This document shows, piece by piece, positions 1-14,849 of a stretch of DNA of 64,000 nucleotides; within the stretch, counting starts at the first letter, position 1, and each line of letters starts with the position of its first letter. Source of the stretch: Octopus sinensis (lineage: Eukaryota); assembly GCF_006345805.1 (NCBI RefSeq), contig NC_043001.1, positions 61,690,001 to 61,754,000 of the forward strand, given 5' to 3'. The notes beneath the pieces were generated by a model, which was not told where the DNA came from, ran no database searches, and was given only the letters and a program-made list of their open reading frames with translations. The position numbers and the translations under genes are program-made.

Positions 1-8
1 TCCTAAAT

Positions 9-41
<33 letters not shown>

Positions 42-42
<1 letters not shown>

Positions 43-198
43 GACGGGCTTTTTACAGTTTCCGTCTACCAAATCCACTCACAAGTCTTTGGTAGGCCCG
101 AGGCTATAGTAGAAAACACCTGCCCAAGGTGCCACGCAGTGGGGCTAAACCTGCAATTATGTCGTCAGGAAGTAAGCTTCTTACCACACAGTCACACC
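42..198 (-). mobile_element. tRNA-derived SINE (cephalopod-type), 3' and core part
   Basis: The reverse complement has a B-box-like segment, then GGCACCTTGGGCAGGTG..., ending in a (TA)/(TG) tail. The same family recurs at 12756, 15563 and 16675. Confidence 0.75.
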
Positions 199-973
199 TA
201 TGTTTATATGTATATGAATATGTATGTGTATATATGTGTATGTGTATACATATATGTGAGTGTACGTATATGTATGCATATATAAGTATGTGTGTGTGAA
301 TACGTACGCACTTGTGTATATTAGCTATTGTTAATTAGGACGAGGGTAATGACAACTTTAATTATTTAATTTATTCTCTTTGGGCTGTATCCCTTAAATC
401 ACCTGTTAAACTGAGAGTTTCAGTTCGGTTAAGTGATCTTTTAATTCACCTGCGCTTGCAATATTTATGTGATTCTTACAATTTTTTGACGCCAATGTAA
501 AACCATGAACAAATTTAGATAAGTAAATTTAGATATGTTTGTTTGATTTCTTTCTTTTTAATTTGCCTTTTGAAGCCACACCTAAATTCTCCTATACATC
601 TGAATGCTAATTTTATACGAACCTCGCATCCAGCTGACGTTGGATCAATCCACGTTGATGCAAGAGGTAACACTAATTTTAAAAACTGACCTACTTAAAA
701 TTTCTCTGATGACGGTGGAACTTATGCAATGATGTAATATTTTGTTCCAAAACAGCTGCCGTAAATTTTAAGCACTATTTGTGTTTACTTTTATACTTAC
801 ATCCCAGAGTCAGATCTACGGTTTGAATTAGATTTGTACCTACATATCTACAATATCCTAACAACACTGACTGTGAGTTCTATGTTACCGTACGTAGCCA
901 TTCTGGTTTTCCACGTGTCGATGTGCCTTGATTCTATTGTATCCTTATACTATATATACGTTTTGCTCGTATG

Positions 974-1007
<34 letters not shown>

Positions 1008-1011
1008 ATAT

Positions 1012-1078
<67 letters not shown>

Positions 1079-1214
1079 ATATATATGTATATATATATAT
1101 ATATGTATGAGCAAAACGCCCCCGTCCAATGGACGGTGCTGAATCATATCTGCTGAATAAAAAGCAATCAGTGTTTTCTTTTCATTAAAAAACAATTAAG
1201 CATGCCTTTATTTC

Positions 1215-1650
1215 AATAAATTTTTGGTTTTGTTAAACGAAGTAAAGGCAAAACAAACAAAACACTTCTCGAGAAACCAAATAGTCTTTCCTTCCTTCAT
1301 GCCAAGTTTGAAGAAAATATCTCTTTTGCATCTTACTTTTTACGTCTCTTAAATATACTGCATTTTGTGGCATTATTTCAAGCCAGCCGACTTTTTTTGC
1401 GCAAACTGCACGTGCATTTTTCTCGCGTACGCGTAGTATCGATCGCAACAGCTGATGCACTTGTGCGTACAAATGCACGTTCCCACGGCTTTATCGATCG
1501 CATTCTCACCTGGAATCGATTTTTGTAATTTTTTCAAGACTTATACACGCTCCGATACCGTCGGTATCTACATATCAAATTTGAGCGCAATCGGGTGGAG
1601 GATGCCCGAGATCCTAGAAGACACACAGACAGACAGAACGGATTTTATAT
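1215..1650. mobile_element. Putative non-autonomous repeat, Helentron-associated/DINE-like
   Basis: The end segment ATCAAATTTGAGCGCAATCGG...(CAGA)n...TTTTATAT resembles the DINE/HINE layout. No coding capacity. Family assignment is from memory only. Confidence 0.3.
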
Positions 1651-1664
1651 GATACATATATATA

Positions 1665-1726
<62 letters not shown>

Positions 1727-2559
1727 TTTATCTCGCCAATAATTTGAACCACACCTTCCAAGCATTAGCAATTTAATTAACCAACAAATACTTTCACTAA
1801 GCAATAGTCACCAGTATATTCTTTAGGAGACCATATTCTGTTGTTCGTTGCATGAATTGTATTCGGTGGCAGAATTGAGGAGTACATTTAAAAGTAATTT
1901 TTTTGACAATAAGTACCTAATTTACAAGGGGGAAGGTGGAGTAAATTTCGATTTAATGATAATATGATGTTGGCAAGCTAATTGTACGCCAAGGGCCTAA
2001 CAAAAGGAACTTCAGTGACATAAGATATTTCGAAGAAAGCCTAAAATCAGACTTTTCATTGTATATTAATGATTCGTTTTTCAAGTATTTACCGAAATAA
2101 AATACGTTTCTGCTAATTCCAACCATCGAATTACTTTCTAAATGCCTCAGGTTATTCATCATGAAAATTGCATTCCAAGTTCATAGTAATGAGCACTCAT
2201 ACTGTCGTTAAGAAACGTGCTGAAACAGAATAAGTTCTTCGTGATATTCCAGTTGTAAAGAACGAGTGAAAATTACTTAATTTCTGAATGTGCACTTGCT
2301 TACAAAAGCAATATATTTCTTTATTTCTTATGTAAATATAAGTTTCTTATCACATTTTCATCTAAATCATGACATATTATTGGATTCTAATTAATTAGAA
2401 AACAAACGATAACAGCTCATTTTTGAAATAGCTACAATATTTTACATACCACTTATGCTTCGGAAAACTCAGTTTATCATCTATCGACTGGAGATCACAA
2501 CAATTTCGACAACTGTCCGATAGTGTAACTCACTCTAGCAGTATTAAGAAGCATTGCTG

Positions 2560-4050
2560 CTACCAGGGAATGCCTGGGTTCATTTGGTTCATGTAGTAAT
2601 ATACATTTTTCTTCCAATTATTAATGCAGCTACCACAAGAAATTGCTTACATTCATAAGCATTTCAACTATACAAGGATATATTGTTATACTACTTACTA
2701 GGGAATTTTCTGCATTCAGTTTTTTTTTTATTTCATTCGCATACATCTGCAGCAAACATGATAAAACATTTTTTGCTTCTCTGTCCAGTTCATGAATCTG
2801 TTGACCTTCCTAAGACCAATCCTTTCCAAATGGTACACAATGGTGATGGTACAGCATTGTTGTTTCACTGCATTAGAATATTCCATCAGATTACACACAA
2901 GTGATTACACACTTGCTCCAACTAGTGTAATATTAATCAGAACATGCTACTACTTTGCGTAATATTCACAATGATGATAACCAGCAGTATCAATTCAGTC
3001 TCCACAGCTAATGCTGATCTGAGGGGAAGTACTTCCTACACGGGTCTCAGGAGAATCGCAATCTGGTCTCTTCTATTTTTCACATGAATTTCGATAATCT
3101 TCTTTGTGTGGCTTTCTCCGACCTTCTCCTTGAGCACTGGTTTCTTGGTTAATACTTTAATTGTAGACTTCAACCATTCAATATGACTAATTTTTTCAGC
3201 CACAATAGCTAGCTTTCTCTTGATATTCTGATAGGATATCTGTATGTTTAGCTTAACTCGTGTATTCTTCACAGTATGCATCGCTTCTTTCATTGTCTGC
3301 GTGGTCTAGCTAGTCGAAAGCAGTTCTCAAACTCTATTTACTTTGAATGGGTTGCATAAACAACAGGATTTACCAAATTCTGAAACATGTAACAGAGGGC
3401 TTTTGCTGTTTTAAGTTACCCCAACAACTATTTTAATGGCAGCTAAAATTATCTTACTACACTATACATTCCAACCTCAGAAAAACAGCCATATTTAGAG
3501 GCTTTTTATAGTTTACATTTCAATTCTCCACACTCATATTAGTTATATTCTATACATTGCAACTAGACACACATGTTTCAGCATAAGGATAGTACCTATA
3601 ATTCTCACCTTAAATTCCTTTGCCAAACTGGATTTACTATTAGCAGTTAGTCACTTTTTCAACTTAGCCCGAATCTCAACACTCCCTTGCCAGATTTTAA
3701 CGAAAATGTTAAGACACGGCTGAGACTGTAAATAATTGCCTGCTGACTATTTAAATAAACTCCGTTCCAGTTTTAAGGCAGAATTGCTAAACATGACCAC
3801 TTCGTGAAGAGACTGCATTTTTGGCTATTTGGTGTTACGATGATATTGCAGGGGTGGCTACTCCAACCACGCTAGGAAAGTTTTTTTATTCACTCCTAGT
3901 TACCAGTAGGGTGGTAATATCATCCATAAAAGCACGCAGTTGTCACTCTAGTAAGTTTCTACTTGCTTCTGAGCAGATGCATGCACTTCTTTATTCCTTC
4001 AGAGCAGATGCTTGCATTTTTAAATATCTTTTTTTTTTTTTTTTGACTAG
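2560..4050 (-). pseudogene. Heavily degenerate R2-superfamily (Hero-like) non-LTR retrotransposon RT/RLE remnant
   Basis: The minus strand at 3901-3940 reads LRAFMDDITTLLV (RT catalytic motif). Downstream fragments VPSPLCTIW and GIPW* fall in the order expected for an RLE-type element. Many stops. Confidence 0.5.
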
Positions 4051-6253
4051 CAAAATGATTACTTCAAATGCATACATATTGGTCTTGAATTACTTCACAT
4101 TTAACAATAAATAATTGAAAACTGAAATAATGCTTTTGATTTGAAGACCTTTCACACGTCCTAGTACCTGCATTTTGTGTATCAGTGCATGGACAACTGA
4201 TCTTCATGGTACATTTCTTTTCGGTATAACATCACCCTTCTACATAATTTCTATGAAATAGTGTTCTTTTATAGCAAGTTCAATGATTACTTCTTCCATA
4301 CGGTTGCATACACACACACATGTAAACATACAAGCGCACACACACACCCATATATGCATACAAATACTTTACTGAATGCATGTATTTAATGCTTCTATCT
4401 AAAGAACGTATAGATATTTTACATATTTTAGTAGAAAGGAATACAAGCAAGCATACTGAACCTGTTCCTATTAACTCCAATATGATTAAGAAAATTATTG
4501 GATTTAAGGATAAAAGTAATCTTAATACGTAATTTAAGATGTGTGACCTTTGCCTTACAAATTCGCTTCTAGCATAACAACCTGTAACAGAAAAAAAATT
4601 ATGCATACTTGAAGTTTAGAATTTTATATCCATTTACAAATGTTGAAAACAAACCACAAATCAACTGCCGCTTCAGATATTGCTGTTTCAAGATACCGCA
4701 CTTGACTACATCCAAAGTTAGTGCACTGGATTTAATGCCAATGCTAGAATAGGAAGATACACTCAGTACCCGTACTCGCACTCCTTCATGTCAGGTCAAA
4801 ACCAGGAAAAAATGAATTGGGTTCCCTGTCTGTTCACTTTTTCAAGGCACTTAATGTAATTGTTCAAAGTAATATAAGTGAAAATCTTTCTCAGAAGACC
4901 ACTCACAATTCACCCTGTGAAAACAGTTATCAATTTCGTCTTCCCGAGAAATTGTACAAAACGCAACAGCCGGATGAAGAGTTACGTGATACGAAGTACG
5001 AACATATTCTCCTCCATGGAGACATCTACATTACACAGAGGATTGGACTAGGATATGGATTTCCCATAGGCACAAATTTTCGTTAATGCCGATTTTCAAT
5101 CGAAGCACATTAAGAAAGGGTACAGCTCTATCGAAGATATCTTTACCTAAGAATATATATTTCATTGTTATATAATCACCGAACTTCTTAAAACTAAATT
5201 TCCTAACCAGAACAAGTAACGTCAATTCTGTTCAATGCGCCCAATTAAAAAAGTTAATATTAAAATGTGGTGGTTTAAAAATATTTTAGACTTTATGTGT
5301 TCCGCACTCATCTGCGAGGATTGTTTGCTTATATTTAATGTGTTTATAGCAGTTTGCGGTAGCTTTTGAATAGCTTTACATGATATGGAATAAAAATTAC
5401 TGTGTCACATTTATTTTCAGACAAAGAAAGATTATTGATCTCGAAGCTGTATATACATCTGCATTATATCTCAAACTTTAAGTAACTAAATTACGAAGAA
5501 GAAATAATCAGAAAGAATGTAGCATTTGTTAATGGGGGTAAAGCTTGGGAATAAAGAATACTTATGTGGATCATTATGTTGTAGATAATTAATGCAAGAG
5601 TGACTAAGATGTCAGCTATTTCAATTTGTTATGTTTTACAGTACATTAATAAGGTGATCGTTTAAATTAGAAGGCTATGTGACTTCCCTGTCTGAAACAT
5701 GTTTGGTAAGGTTTACTGAGCAGAAGAGTATTGCATGTTTCCGTCCAGCACATAGACTGCTGTAGTATGCGTACCCTTTACTGTATTCAGTATAAACTAT
5801 TACAGGCTATACACTGTATTGCTAGTTTCAATATTTGCTTAGATAATGCGCTTGAGTTTTTACTCGATATTTTGAAAGAAGCGTGATAAGTATATCATAC
5901 TTTATTATTATTAATAGTTAATACAGTATAGGCTTCGTTGTAAAAGATCATCTGTAGTATATATTGCTATTCATTTGTATACTATTTTCTTGGCCAGGCA
6001 ATTCGAGTTGAGGAGGTTTAAGCGAATAATTTCTCCATAGCATTATTTTAACTTAGATAAATGCAGTTATATACAGGGCTAAATTTGTTGTGGTTGAAAA
6101 GAACAATTTTGCAGTTTTCCTATTTAAGGTTACATTTTATTGCGGCTGAGAAAGGAGATAATTTTCTAACAATGCTGTAGTAAATTTTATCCCTTAGTTT
6201 AAAATACCATACTTGTTTAATACATGGCTTGTAAATTTTAAATTTATATGTTA

Positions 6254-6759
6254 CTAGCAGTATCGCCCGGCGTTGCTCGGGTTTGTAAGGGAAATAACTA
6301 TATAAGCATTTTTAGAGAGTTACTTCCCTTATAAATTCGGGCTTTCTTAGCCATTTTTGTTTTGGTGTCTTCAAGCCATGAAGTCGTTGTTCTAAAAGAA
6401 CGCTGGTTTCCTTCACAACGCATTACGACGTTGATTTCTTTACACTCCCTTCCCCACAGCTTCACGAGGGAGGGAAGGGGGAGAAGCAAACAGGTGCAGC
6501 TGTGAGCGTGGACGCCAACTCCGCCGCCATCGACATACGATGCATTTTATGCATTAAAATGGAGTAAAAAATGATGTTAAATTATTTTTAAAATCGTAGA
6601 CTCATCGTTGACGCGCGCTAATAGTCAGACGGGCTCGATATGAATCACGACTATAAGATACCCGAATTTGGTTAAACTGCACCGCAAAATGTGGGAGGAG
6701 TTAGGAATCTAAATCGAAGGGGACAGACACTCACACAACTAGAGTTTTATATATATAGA
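6254..6759 (-). mobile_element. Non-autonomous Helitron derivative
   Basis: On the minus strand it starts with TC and ends CCCGAGCAACGCCGGG (hairpin)...CTAG. It shares both ends with 43047-43887. Confidence 0.75.
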
Positions 6760-7542
6760 TATAATATAAAGAAAATGGAGAGTGTGAACACAGAAAAGAT
6801 CGATTTATTTATATAATAGTCGATTTCATGTCGCCTATGCACATTTCAATTTATCACCTTCAAATCTCTCTAGGGCAAAATTGACATGTATTCATTTACA
6901 TCCTAAAGGATTGAGAGTTCTTTACTGATTAAATAGTAGCATTTGTGTGAGCATGTATGTCTTTAAATTCCGTTCTAAAAATAGCTAGATATAAAACTAC
7001 GACTACAACGGACAATGGATTGTTGCCGTCCTGAAGAACTAGGTCATATTACTATTCACCGTTAATAGAATTTAGATATGTTATTTAGAGGCTAGTTGCT
7101 ACTCCTATCCCTGTTCACTTGTCAAAAGAATAAAAATATTTATATTAGTAAGTATCCAAATTAATATATTTATTTAACATCTACTTATTTAATTTAGAGA
7201 ATTTCAAATATTATTACAATCTGTTATTTATTTAGATGTATTAATCTTATTTGTTGATAGTTTGGATTATGACATATCTTTAAAATAACTTTTATATATT
7301 TCAATGGAGATGCGATTCACTATGAATCACATGTATGGAGCTAGATTTTTTCAAATGGTGAGAGTACAATTTTCTATAAAATTTGTTCCCATCTTTATTT
7401 TAATTTGATCATTCACGGAGTGTTTATTTAAATACAATTTATTACTTATAAGTTATTAAATATATAAATAAATAAATGAATGAATGTGTGTGTGTGTGTA
7501 ATATTAATTAACAGGAGTTGGATTCGGTATTAGATATTTATT

Positions 7543-7590
7543 GTGTACAACATATGTTTCGACCCAACAGTCTGAGTTTCATCAAGTACA
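7543..7590 (-). ncRNA. Degenerate minimal type I hammerhead ribozyme
   Basis: Minus strand: TGTAC-TTGATGA-A-ACTCAGACTGTTGGGTC-GAAAC-ATAT-GTT-GTACA. Stem I has 5 bp; core position C3 and the stem II base are mutated. Confidence 0.4.
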
Positions 7591-7884
7591 TCAATAAAGA
7601 TATGTCTCACGACATATTTTTAATGTCGGCTGATTTGTTGATATATGTCCATCAAGTTAGGGAACGAATAAAAGCAAATACTATTACAGAAACGCAAAGT
7701 GGAAATCTTCCGCTCTTGTTTAGATAATATGACCTAATTAGCTTTTGCTATCATAAGTGCTTAGAGGAAAAGAATGTAGAAGGAGAAAGGAAAACTAATT
7801 CTTAGTCAAGAAGTTTCAAGTTCATACGTATACATACAGACAGACAGACAGACACACATACACATAGAGTCGAACACACACACT

Positions 7885-7992
<108 letters not shown>

Positions 7993-8116
7993 TAAAAGGA
8001 ATTCCAACCTTGTCTGATTTTCACGTTTTATTTACAATCTTATAATGATATAATATAATATAATATAATATAATAAAATAAAATAAAATAATAGAATGTT
8101 AAATGTTCATTCTGAT

Positions 8117-8161
8117 TGAACTAGTACTTTCATGCATTAAATTCTGCAATCTTCAGGTTCA
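8117..8161 (-). ncRNA. Minimal type I hammerhead-like ribozyme in the inverted pLTR
   Basis: TGAAC-CTGAAGA-T-TGCA-GAATTTAA-TGCA-T-GAA-AGTACT-A-GTTCA: 5 bp stem I, palindromic stem III, CUA site, non-canonical stem II base. Confidence 0.5.
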
Positions 8162-8660
8162 TGTAGTAGTGGTGATAGTCATGCTTCACAATTTTTTACT
8201 GTAGCGAGATGATTGAATCTGTGCTTTAAATACAGCTGTGTAGGCTCCAGATGCTAGGTTTTGCAAACTGTATTCTGACCAATCAGGGTGTAGTATCACT
8301 CAATTACTTAAGCTGATTGGTTGGTTGAGCTGACTGGTTTAGGCGTCACGCTTTGTTGAATATGTCAAGAGTCCTGTATCTTGACCCTGGCTGAAGCAGC
8401 AACTGTTGGGCTATTTTTAGAAATGTTGTACATAGCCTTTGTCAGAGATTTTTATATTTTTATATTTCAATTGTCATCATCATCATTGTCAGCACCTTAA
8501 TTATTGTTGCTAGTGGTGATGGTGGTGGCAATAGAACTTTTAACCCTAAATAAGATAATTTTCCTGCTATCTAAGTATTATTATTATTGCTTATTTAGCT
8601 TGGGTTCGAATTTATCAATAAAATTCTTTTCTCTGATTTTCCTCTCGATGGGACCTTAGT

Positions 8661-10849
8661 TTGATAAAATTCAGGACCGACATCTCCATTGCCCAGTCTA
8701 AACAATCCAGCTACAAAGCCAAATACGAAGCTATCGATGATCAAATCAGAGACGAAATATCCAAACTAACAACCGGCAATATAGCAGAAAAAATGCGAGA
8801 ACTATGGACCAGAGATATCTCAAAAGAAGAAAGCAGATCAAGAAAGTTTTGGCAGCGGAAACAATTATTTCTCGACAAATATGCTACAAATTACGGTAAA
8901 GACACCAGAACTCTGAGAAATAGCATTAAAAGTGGACAACCTCACAAATGTTAGGCCAAACATTAACAAATCAGAGATGTCTGCATGTAAACGTATACAA
9001 AACGATCAAACAATAATAATTAAACAAGCAGATAAAGGTGGTGCAATTGTTATTATGGATACCGAATACTATAAGGATTTGGTTGAGGACCAACTGAAGG
9101 ACACAACCTTCTATTGTGAAATACCCGCAAATATAGACCACCACATCATGAAAAAGATCAACAACCTGATCTCAAAACACTACAACTCACTTACCGATAA
9201 TGAAAGAGACTACATCACCAATTTCGAACCAAAACCCAGCAACTTCTACGGCTTACCGAAAATACATAAATCAAAAGATATTCAACAGGCAGTAAAAGAC
9301 CAAGAAAGTGAGTACATAAAATTACTACATCCAAAAGACCTAAAACTTAGACCTATTATAGCTGGTCCAGCATGCCCTACCCACCGTCTAAGCAATTTTA
9401 TTGACATTGTTTTGAAACCACTATGTACTTACATACCCAGTTTCATCAGGGATGACATCGACTTCCTGTCCCATCTTCCCAAAACAACAGAAACAAATTC
9501 AGTTTTACTAAGTTTTGATGTGGAAAGCCTCTACATCAATATTCCACACGATTTAGGAATAAAGGCGATTAAATACTGGTTAAAAAAACATAGAGAAGTG
9601 ATTCCCAGCAGATTCACAGTGCCATTTATTCTAGAAAACAACACATTCTTCTTCAATGGAAAGAATTACATCCAAATTAGAGGCACGGCGATGGGAACGA
9701 GGTTTGCTCCCGTTTACGCCAACTCTGTAATGGGATACTTAGAACAACAACTCTACCAAGAGGTGGAGGTAAACTATGGCACTGGATTTAGAAAGTATAT
9801 TGAAAAAGCATGGAAGACTGCATGGAAGACGACTGCTTCATAATCTGGACAGAATCTCTAAATACTCTGGAAGAGTTCAATATCCTCCTGAACAACCTAC
9901 GCCCATCTCTCCAATTTACAAAGGAGATGAGTAGTACCAAATTACCCTTCCTAGATATAATGGTAATTAAAAAAGACACCACCATCACCACAGATATATA
10001 CGATAAACACACAGACACACATCAATACCTAAATTTTAAGTCGTGCCATCCACCACATACAAAACGCAACATCCCATACTGCCTAGCCAGAAGAATTTGT
10101 ACCATTATAGAAGATGCAAATATCAGGAACAAACGCCTAATAGAACTAAGAGAAGTTTTGCTCAAACAAATATACCCATCTCTACTTATAGAAAATGGCA
10201 TACAGCGGGTTATAAAAATACCCATACAACAACTTAGGACAACACAAGGAAGAGGAAAACAAGAACAAGTCATATCATTCATAGTGACACACAATCCATG
10301 TCACCAGAATATCTTCAACATTGCCAAAGCAAACCTACCAATCATTGCCCAAAGTAATGATTTAAAAGACATAATCACGGATCGAGCTATGGTGCTTAGT
10401 AAAAGACAGCCTAAAAACTTGAAAGAACTACTAACTAAGGCAACAAAGACCAAACATTCACTGTATCTAAATGCAATGATAGCCGAGGTGGCACATGTCA
10501 ATTCATACATACCAGCCAATATATAAACACAAAAACCGGGAAAATATTCACAAACGCGAATATGAACTGCAAAAGCAGAAATTTAATTTACTGCATCAAA
10601 TGCCCAAATTGTGAAAAAATATATGTAGGTCAGACGGGAAACGCACTATCAGAAAGCTCACGTGTACACCAGCAACAGATTAGAGACCCAGAGGTCCGTC
10701 AGATACCTTTGAGTAACCACCTAGCAACATGTGGCCGGAAAATATATATATTTCCATTCTACAAATTACACAGCCCAAGTGAAATCGAGAGGAAAATCAG
10801 AGAAAAGAATATTATTGATAAATTCGAACCCAAGCTAAATAAGCAATAA
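8661..10849 (+). pseudogene. Frameshifted PLE RT-GIY-YIG polyprotein
   Basis: Motifs IKQADKGGAIVIM, FYGLPKIHK, LRPIIAG, SFDVESLY, GTAMGTRFAP, DDCFIIW, PFLDIMV and NLIYCIKCPNCEKIYVGQTG are spread over four ORFs (8661, 8932, 9810, 10562). Confidence 0.9.
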
Positions 10850-11402
10850 TAATAATACTTAGATAGCAGGAAAATTATCTTATTTAGGGTTAAAAGTTCT
10901 ATTGCCACCACCATCTGGAGCCTACAGCTGTATTTAAAGCACAGATTCAATCATCTCGCTACAGTAAAAAATTGTGAAGCATGACTGTCACCTGAAGATT
11001 GCAGAATTTAATGCATGAAAGTACTAGTTCAATCAGAATGAACATTTAACATTCTATTATTTTATTTTATTATATTTTATTATATTATATTATATCATCA
11101 TAAGATTGTAAATAAAACGTGAAAATCAGACAAGGTTGGAATACCTTTTATTAATATATTCTTCTATACACAATCACACACACTCGTATATATATATATA
11201 TATATATATCCAAGACACAGATATTCATACACGTATAGATCTTCATACAAACATAGCTTCCTACAGACGCGGACACACCTACACACTCACACATGCACGT
11301 ACACACACACACATACACAAATATCCATATACAAGCACACACCTATATATGTATATGAGTAGATTCACACAGACACATACACACATATACTTACACAGAA
11401 GC

Positions 11403-12370
11403 CAGCGTTTGCGTTTAGATTCAGGTATCTCGACGTCTCCATCCATGTATTAAATCTGATACTATCTACTTTAGTATCTAAATTTAGATGTCTAAATACA
11501 AGTTATTCGCATATGGTTCTTCTTTAGTATCGGTTTCATGGCTACAGTTCATCAGGTTTTAACTCAGGGGTATTAATCCGAGTTGTGGTTGTTAGGTTTG
11601 CATCAGTTTAGATTGTAGTATGTGAACATGTGTTTAGCTGCATGCATTCACATGTGTTTAGCTGCATGCGTTCCGTAAATCTGTTTATAATGCGCTTCTT
11701 TTTTAATAATATTGACAGTGACTCCTCGGAACACAGCTGGCATTTCGGGGATAGTGTGTAATAGGGACTCGCGTGTCTAATTATTGATCAATTCAGGTTG
11801 TATTTTGCCTTCTCTTCCTTGAGTCTCCAGACAAAATCAGCCTGTGATCTTACGTGCCGTTTAAGGATTTTTCGAAGGTTGGCAATATGGTTGCGATACC
11901 GATTTTTGAAAATATCAGCCGATGCACCGATATATACGTAGGGGCCTCATCTAGCGTTTACTTTGCACTTGTACACTATATTTCTGGTCATGCATTGATT
12001 GTTCACAGGACAATTGAATTTGTCCCTGCATGACCATAATTGGTCGAATTGTTTGTTTTTTTGTTTGCTTATGTGCAGCGAGTACTAGACGAATTGGTTC
12101 TATTCAATACCTTCGTGGTCATGGTTATTTTATTATTATTTTTACTATTTCTGGGTGTGTTTGTGTTGTTGTTTGAATTGTTGATGGTGTCATAGTTTGG
12201 CTGGTTATTGTAGATATTGCATTTGTTTTTTTCTCGAATTCGGATACCATGTATTTAGACATCTAACTTTACAATGCAGCTAATTATAAGTAAAATGTAC
12301 CGATAAATACTACCAGACTTGATAGATGGACGGGGACGTCAAGTTGCATAAATCTACATGCAAACGCTAG
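11403..12370 (-). mobile_element. Degenerate Naiad-like PLE fragment (GIY-YIG) with diverged ~110 bp inverted ends
   Basis: Minus strand ~12030-11790 reads SCRDKFNCPVNNQCMTRNIVYKCKV...YIGASADIFKNRYRNH...FVWRLKEE. 11403-11510 is approximately the reverse complement of 12245-12370. Confidence 0.7.
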
Positions 12371-12695
12371 CTTGTGTATATGGGTATGTGTGTAAGTACA
12401 TATGCGTGTGTGTCTATGTGAGTCTACACATATATTATGGGGTGTGCCCGTGTGGGGGTGTTTGTGTACGTGTACGTGTGTGTGCGCGTGGATGTGCCAG
12501 CGTCTGTAGGAAGCTATATGTAGATGTGAGAATCTATACGTGTATGAATATCTGTCTTGAATATATATATATATATGTGTGTGTGTATGTGTGTGTGCGT
12601 GTGTGTGTGTGTGTGCGTATGTGAGTGTGTGTCTGTCTCTATATATTTGTGTGATTGTCTGGATCTATGTATGTACCTATATGTATGTGTGTGTG

Positions 12696-12749
<54 letters not shown>

Positions 12750-12755
12750 TATATA

Positions 12756-12844
12756 GGCGCAGGAGTGGCTGTGTGGTAAGTACCTTGTTTACCAACCTCA
12801 TGGTTCGGGGTTCAGTCCCACTGCATGGCACCTTGGGCAAGTGA
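12756..12844 (+). mobile_element. tRNA-derived SINE, 5' portion
   Basis: A-box-like TGGCTGTGTGG, B-box-like GGTTCAGTCC, then GGCACCTTGGGCAAGTG; 3' truncated. Confidence 0.75.
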
Positions 12845-12905
12845 TAGTTGAAATATAAAAGTTAAACGACAGTTTATTTGAATGTGTGTGCGTGTGTATG
12901 GGTGT

Positions 12906-12941
<36 letters not shown>

Positions 12942-13437
12942 AGAGATAAGTGTAAGTATAGAGTGAATTGTATTGTTTCAGCTGGGAGGTATACTTTAAA
13001 TAATTCTAATTAAGAGAAATATATAGTTTATAACTGTTGGTCTCGAAAATATATGAAGTTGAAATTAGGCATGTAATATAAATAAATATATTACTCACGC
13101 ACGCGCACACACACATATGTATGTATATATTTGTGTGGTGGGGGGGTGTTTCAGTTTGCAGGAATATATCACCCGAGCGGATACCGATGGTTACTCAATT
13201 ATGTTCCAGATTGCGGCTAACCGCATCGGGCGGTATTTAACTTATATGTCTACTATTAATTGTCATTCACTCTGTAAATTCCCCCGATATAATTCCGTGT
13301 TCACTTCACTTGATGGTAATATAGCCTAGAAATAAATAAGAGGAAAATGAATATATAAATAAATAAATAAGAGGAAATAAATTTTGAGGATGAACAAGTC
13401 TCCATGTTGTATATCGTTATAATTATGATATTTTATT

Positions 13438-13475
<38 letters not shown>

Positions 13476-13480
13476 GTGTA

Positions 13481-13511
<31 letters not shown>

Positions 13512-13556
13512 TGTGTGTGTGTAAATGTAATATGTGACAATTATTCGGTAGCCATC

Positions 13557-13615
13557 ATAAAACTCCGAGTTTCGGATGTTGGGGTGGAAATCCACGCCCC
13601 CATCTCTTCAGTTAT
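13557..13615 (-). ncRNA. Hammerhead ribozyme in a solo pLTR-like remnant related to the Naiad pLTR
   Basis: ATAA-CTGAAGA-GATG...CATC-C-GAAAC-TCGGAG-T-T-TTAT. Homologous to 47792-47854. Confidence 0.6.
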
Positions 13616-13859
13616 CCGGCCACCTTTCATTCTTTTGTTGTCTTACCATTTCTATCAATATATATATATATATTACATGTACATTATATTCGTTTCAATT
13701 AAGATGTATTTGCATTCCCATCTACAGAAGCTATTGAATACTTCAATTATTGAATTTCTAAATCTACAATGTTCATCATTGCCGTATCCTATTATGCAGG
13801 TATTGCTTTTAAATTCGTCACATTAATATGTATGTCTGAGTGTATATATTTGTGATTAT

Positions 13860-14082
13860 GTAGCAGAATGCTAACGAGCTGTCAGAATCGTTAGCACGCC
13901 GAGAAAAATGCTTAGCACCGTTTTAGTCCGTCTTTATATTTTAAGTTCAAGCGCCGCCGAGGTCGACTTTGCTTTTCATCCTTTTGGGGTTGACAAGATA
14001 AGTACCAGTTGGACACTAGGGCCGATATAATCGACTTACCCTTCCCCTGAAATTGCTGGCCCTACGCCAAAATTTGAAACCA
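13860..14082 (+). mobile_element. tRNA-derived SINE with conserved central domain
   Basis: Contains CGAGGTCGACTTTGCTTTTCATCCTTTTGGGGTTGAC...TAAGTACCAG; a related copy is at 55590-55860. Confidence 0.65.
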
Positions 14083-14849
14083 ATATATATATATAGATGT
14101 AAGCATCTATCTATATATATGCATATACACATACATACATATATATGTGTGTGTGTGCCTATATGTGTGCATTAATGAATGCGTATACGGGCATATTATT
14201 ACTGACAGGCGAAAGATGAAGAGCAGTAGATTCTAAGCTTACCTCAGCATTCCAATAGCAATCTAAAGGACTGTCAGTTCAAAGATTTATAAATTGCAAG
14301 AAGCGCACTTTTAATAATACGGTACTTATTCATTCTCAATAGGTTCTAACTGATTCGTATGCAGATATCCGATCTCTATTCTTTCACATCATAGGACAAC
14401 GCCTCCTACATTTATATGTTATGTGTTCATAACACACACGATTCACTGGTGTAAGGGGACTTTGAAATATCGCAGTGGTTCGCCCTCGTTATATGTCTTC
14501 ACCGTCAAAGCTAACCCAACGGCCCGTCGAGTCTAACAAGAGCACGAACTCTTATTTACAACTCTCAGCAAACAAAACCTTTGCTCATGCGTGCTGATGA
14601 CTACAAAACAATAAGTATTGGGAAGCAGACAGAAGGGATATGGCGTCAGTGCTGGGAAAGTCTAAAGGTGGTTTAACAAATTCAAAAAAGGGTGATTGAT
14701 TTTCATCCTCTGGATCTATGTTGATCAGGAGACAAATTATTCTTAATGAAGACTTTAGTGAAAACAGCTATTGAAGGGGTTCTGAGTGAGATAATAGGGT
14801 CTTATCCAGGTGGCTTAATAGACCTAGACCCATGGTGCAAAATTATCTC

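Noticed and set aside
3355-3400. Minus-strand NLVNPVVYA after a CAG, resembling a GPCR NPxxY exon
   Set aside because: Stops within a few codons, has no partner exons, and lies inside a degenerate retrotransposon.
4960-5000. Hammerhead-like fragments at ~4965, ~7030, ~14590 and ~58700-58820
   Set aside because: Core bases or stems are missing; not supportable.
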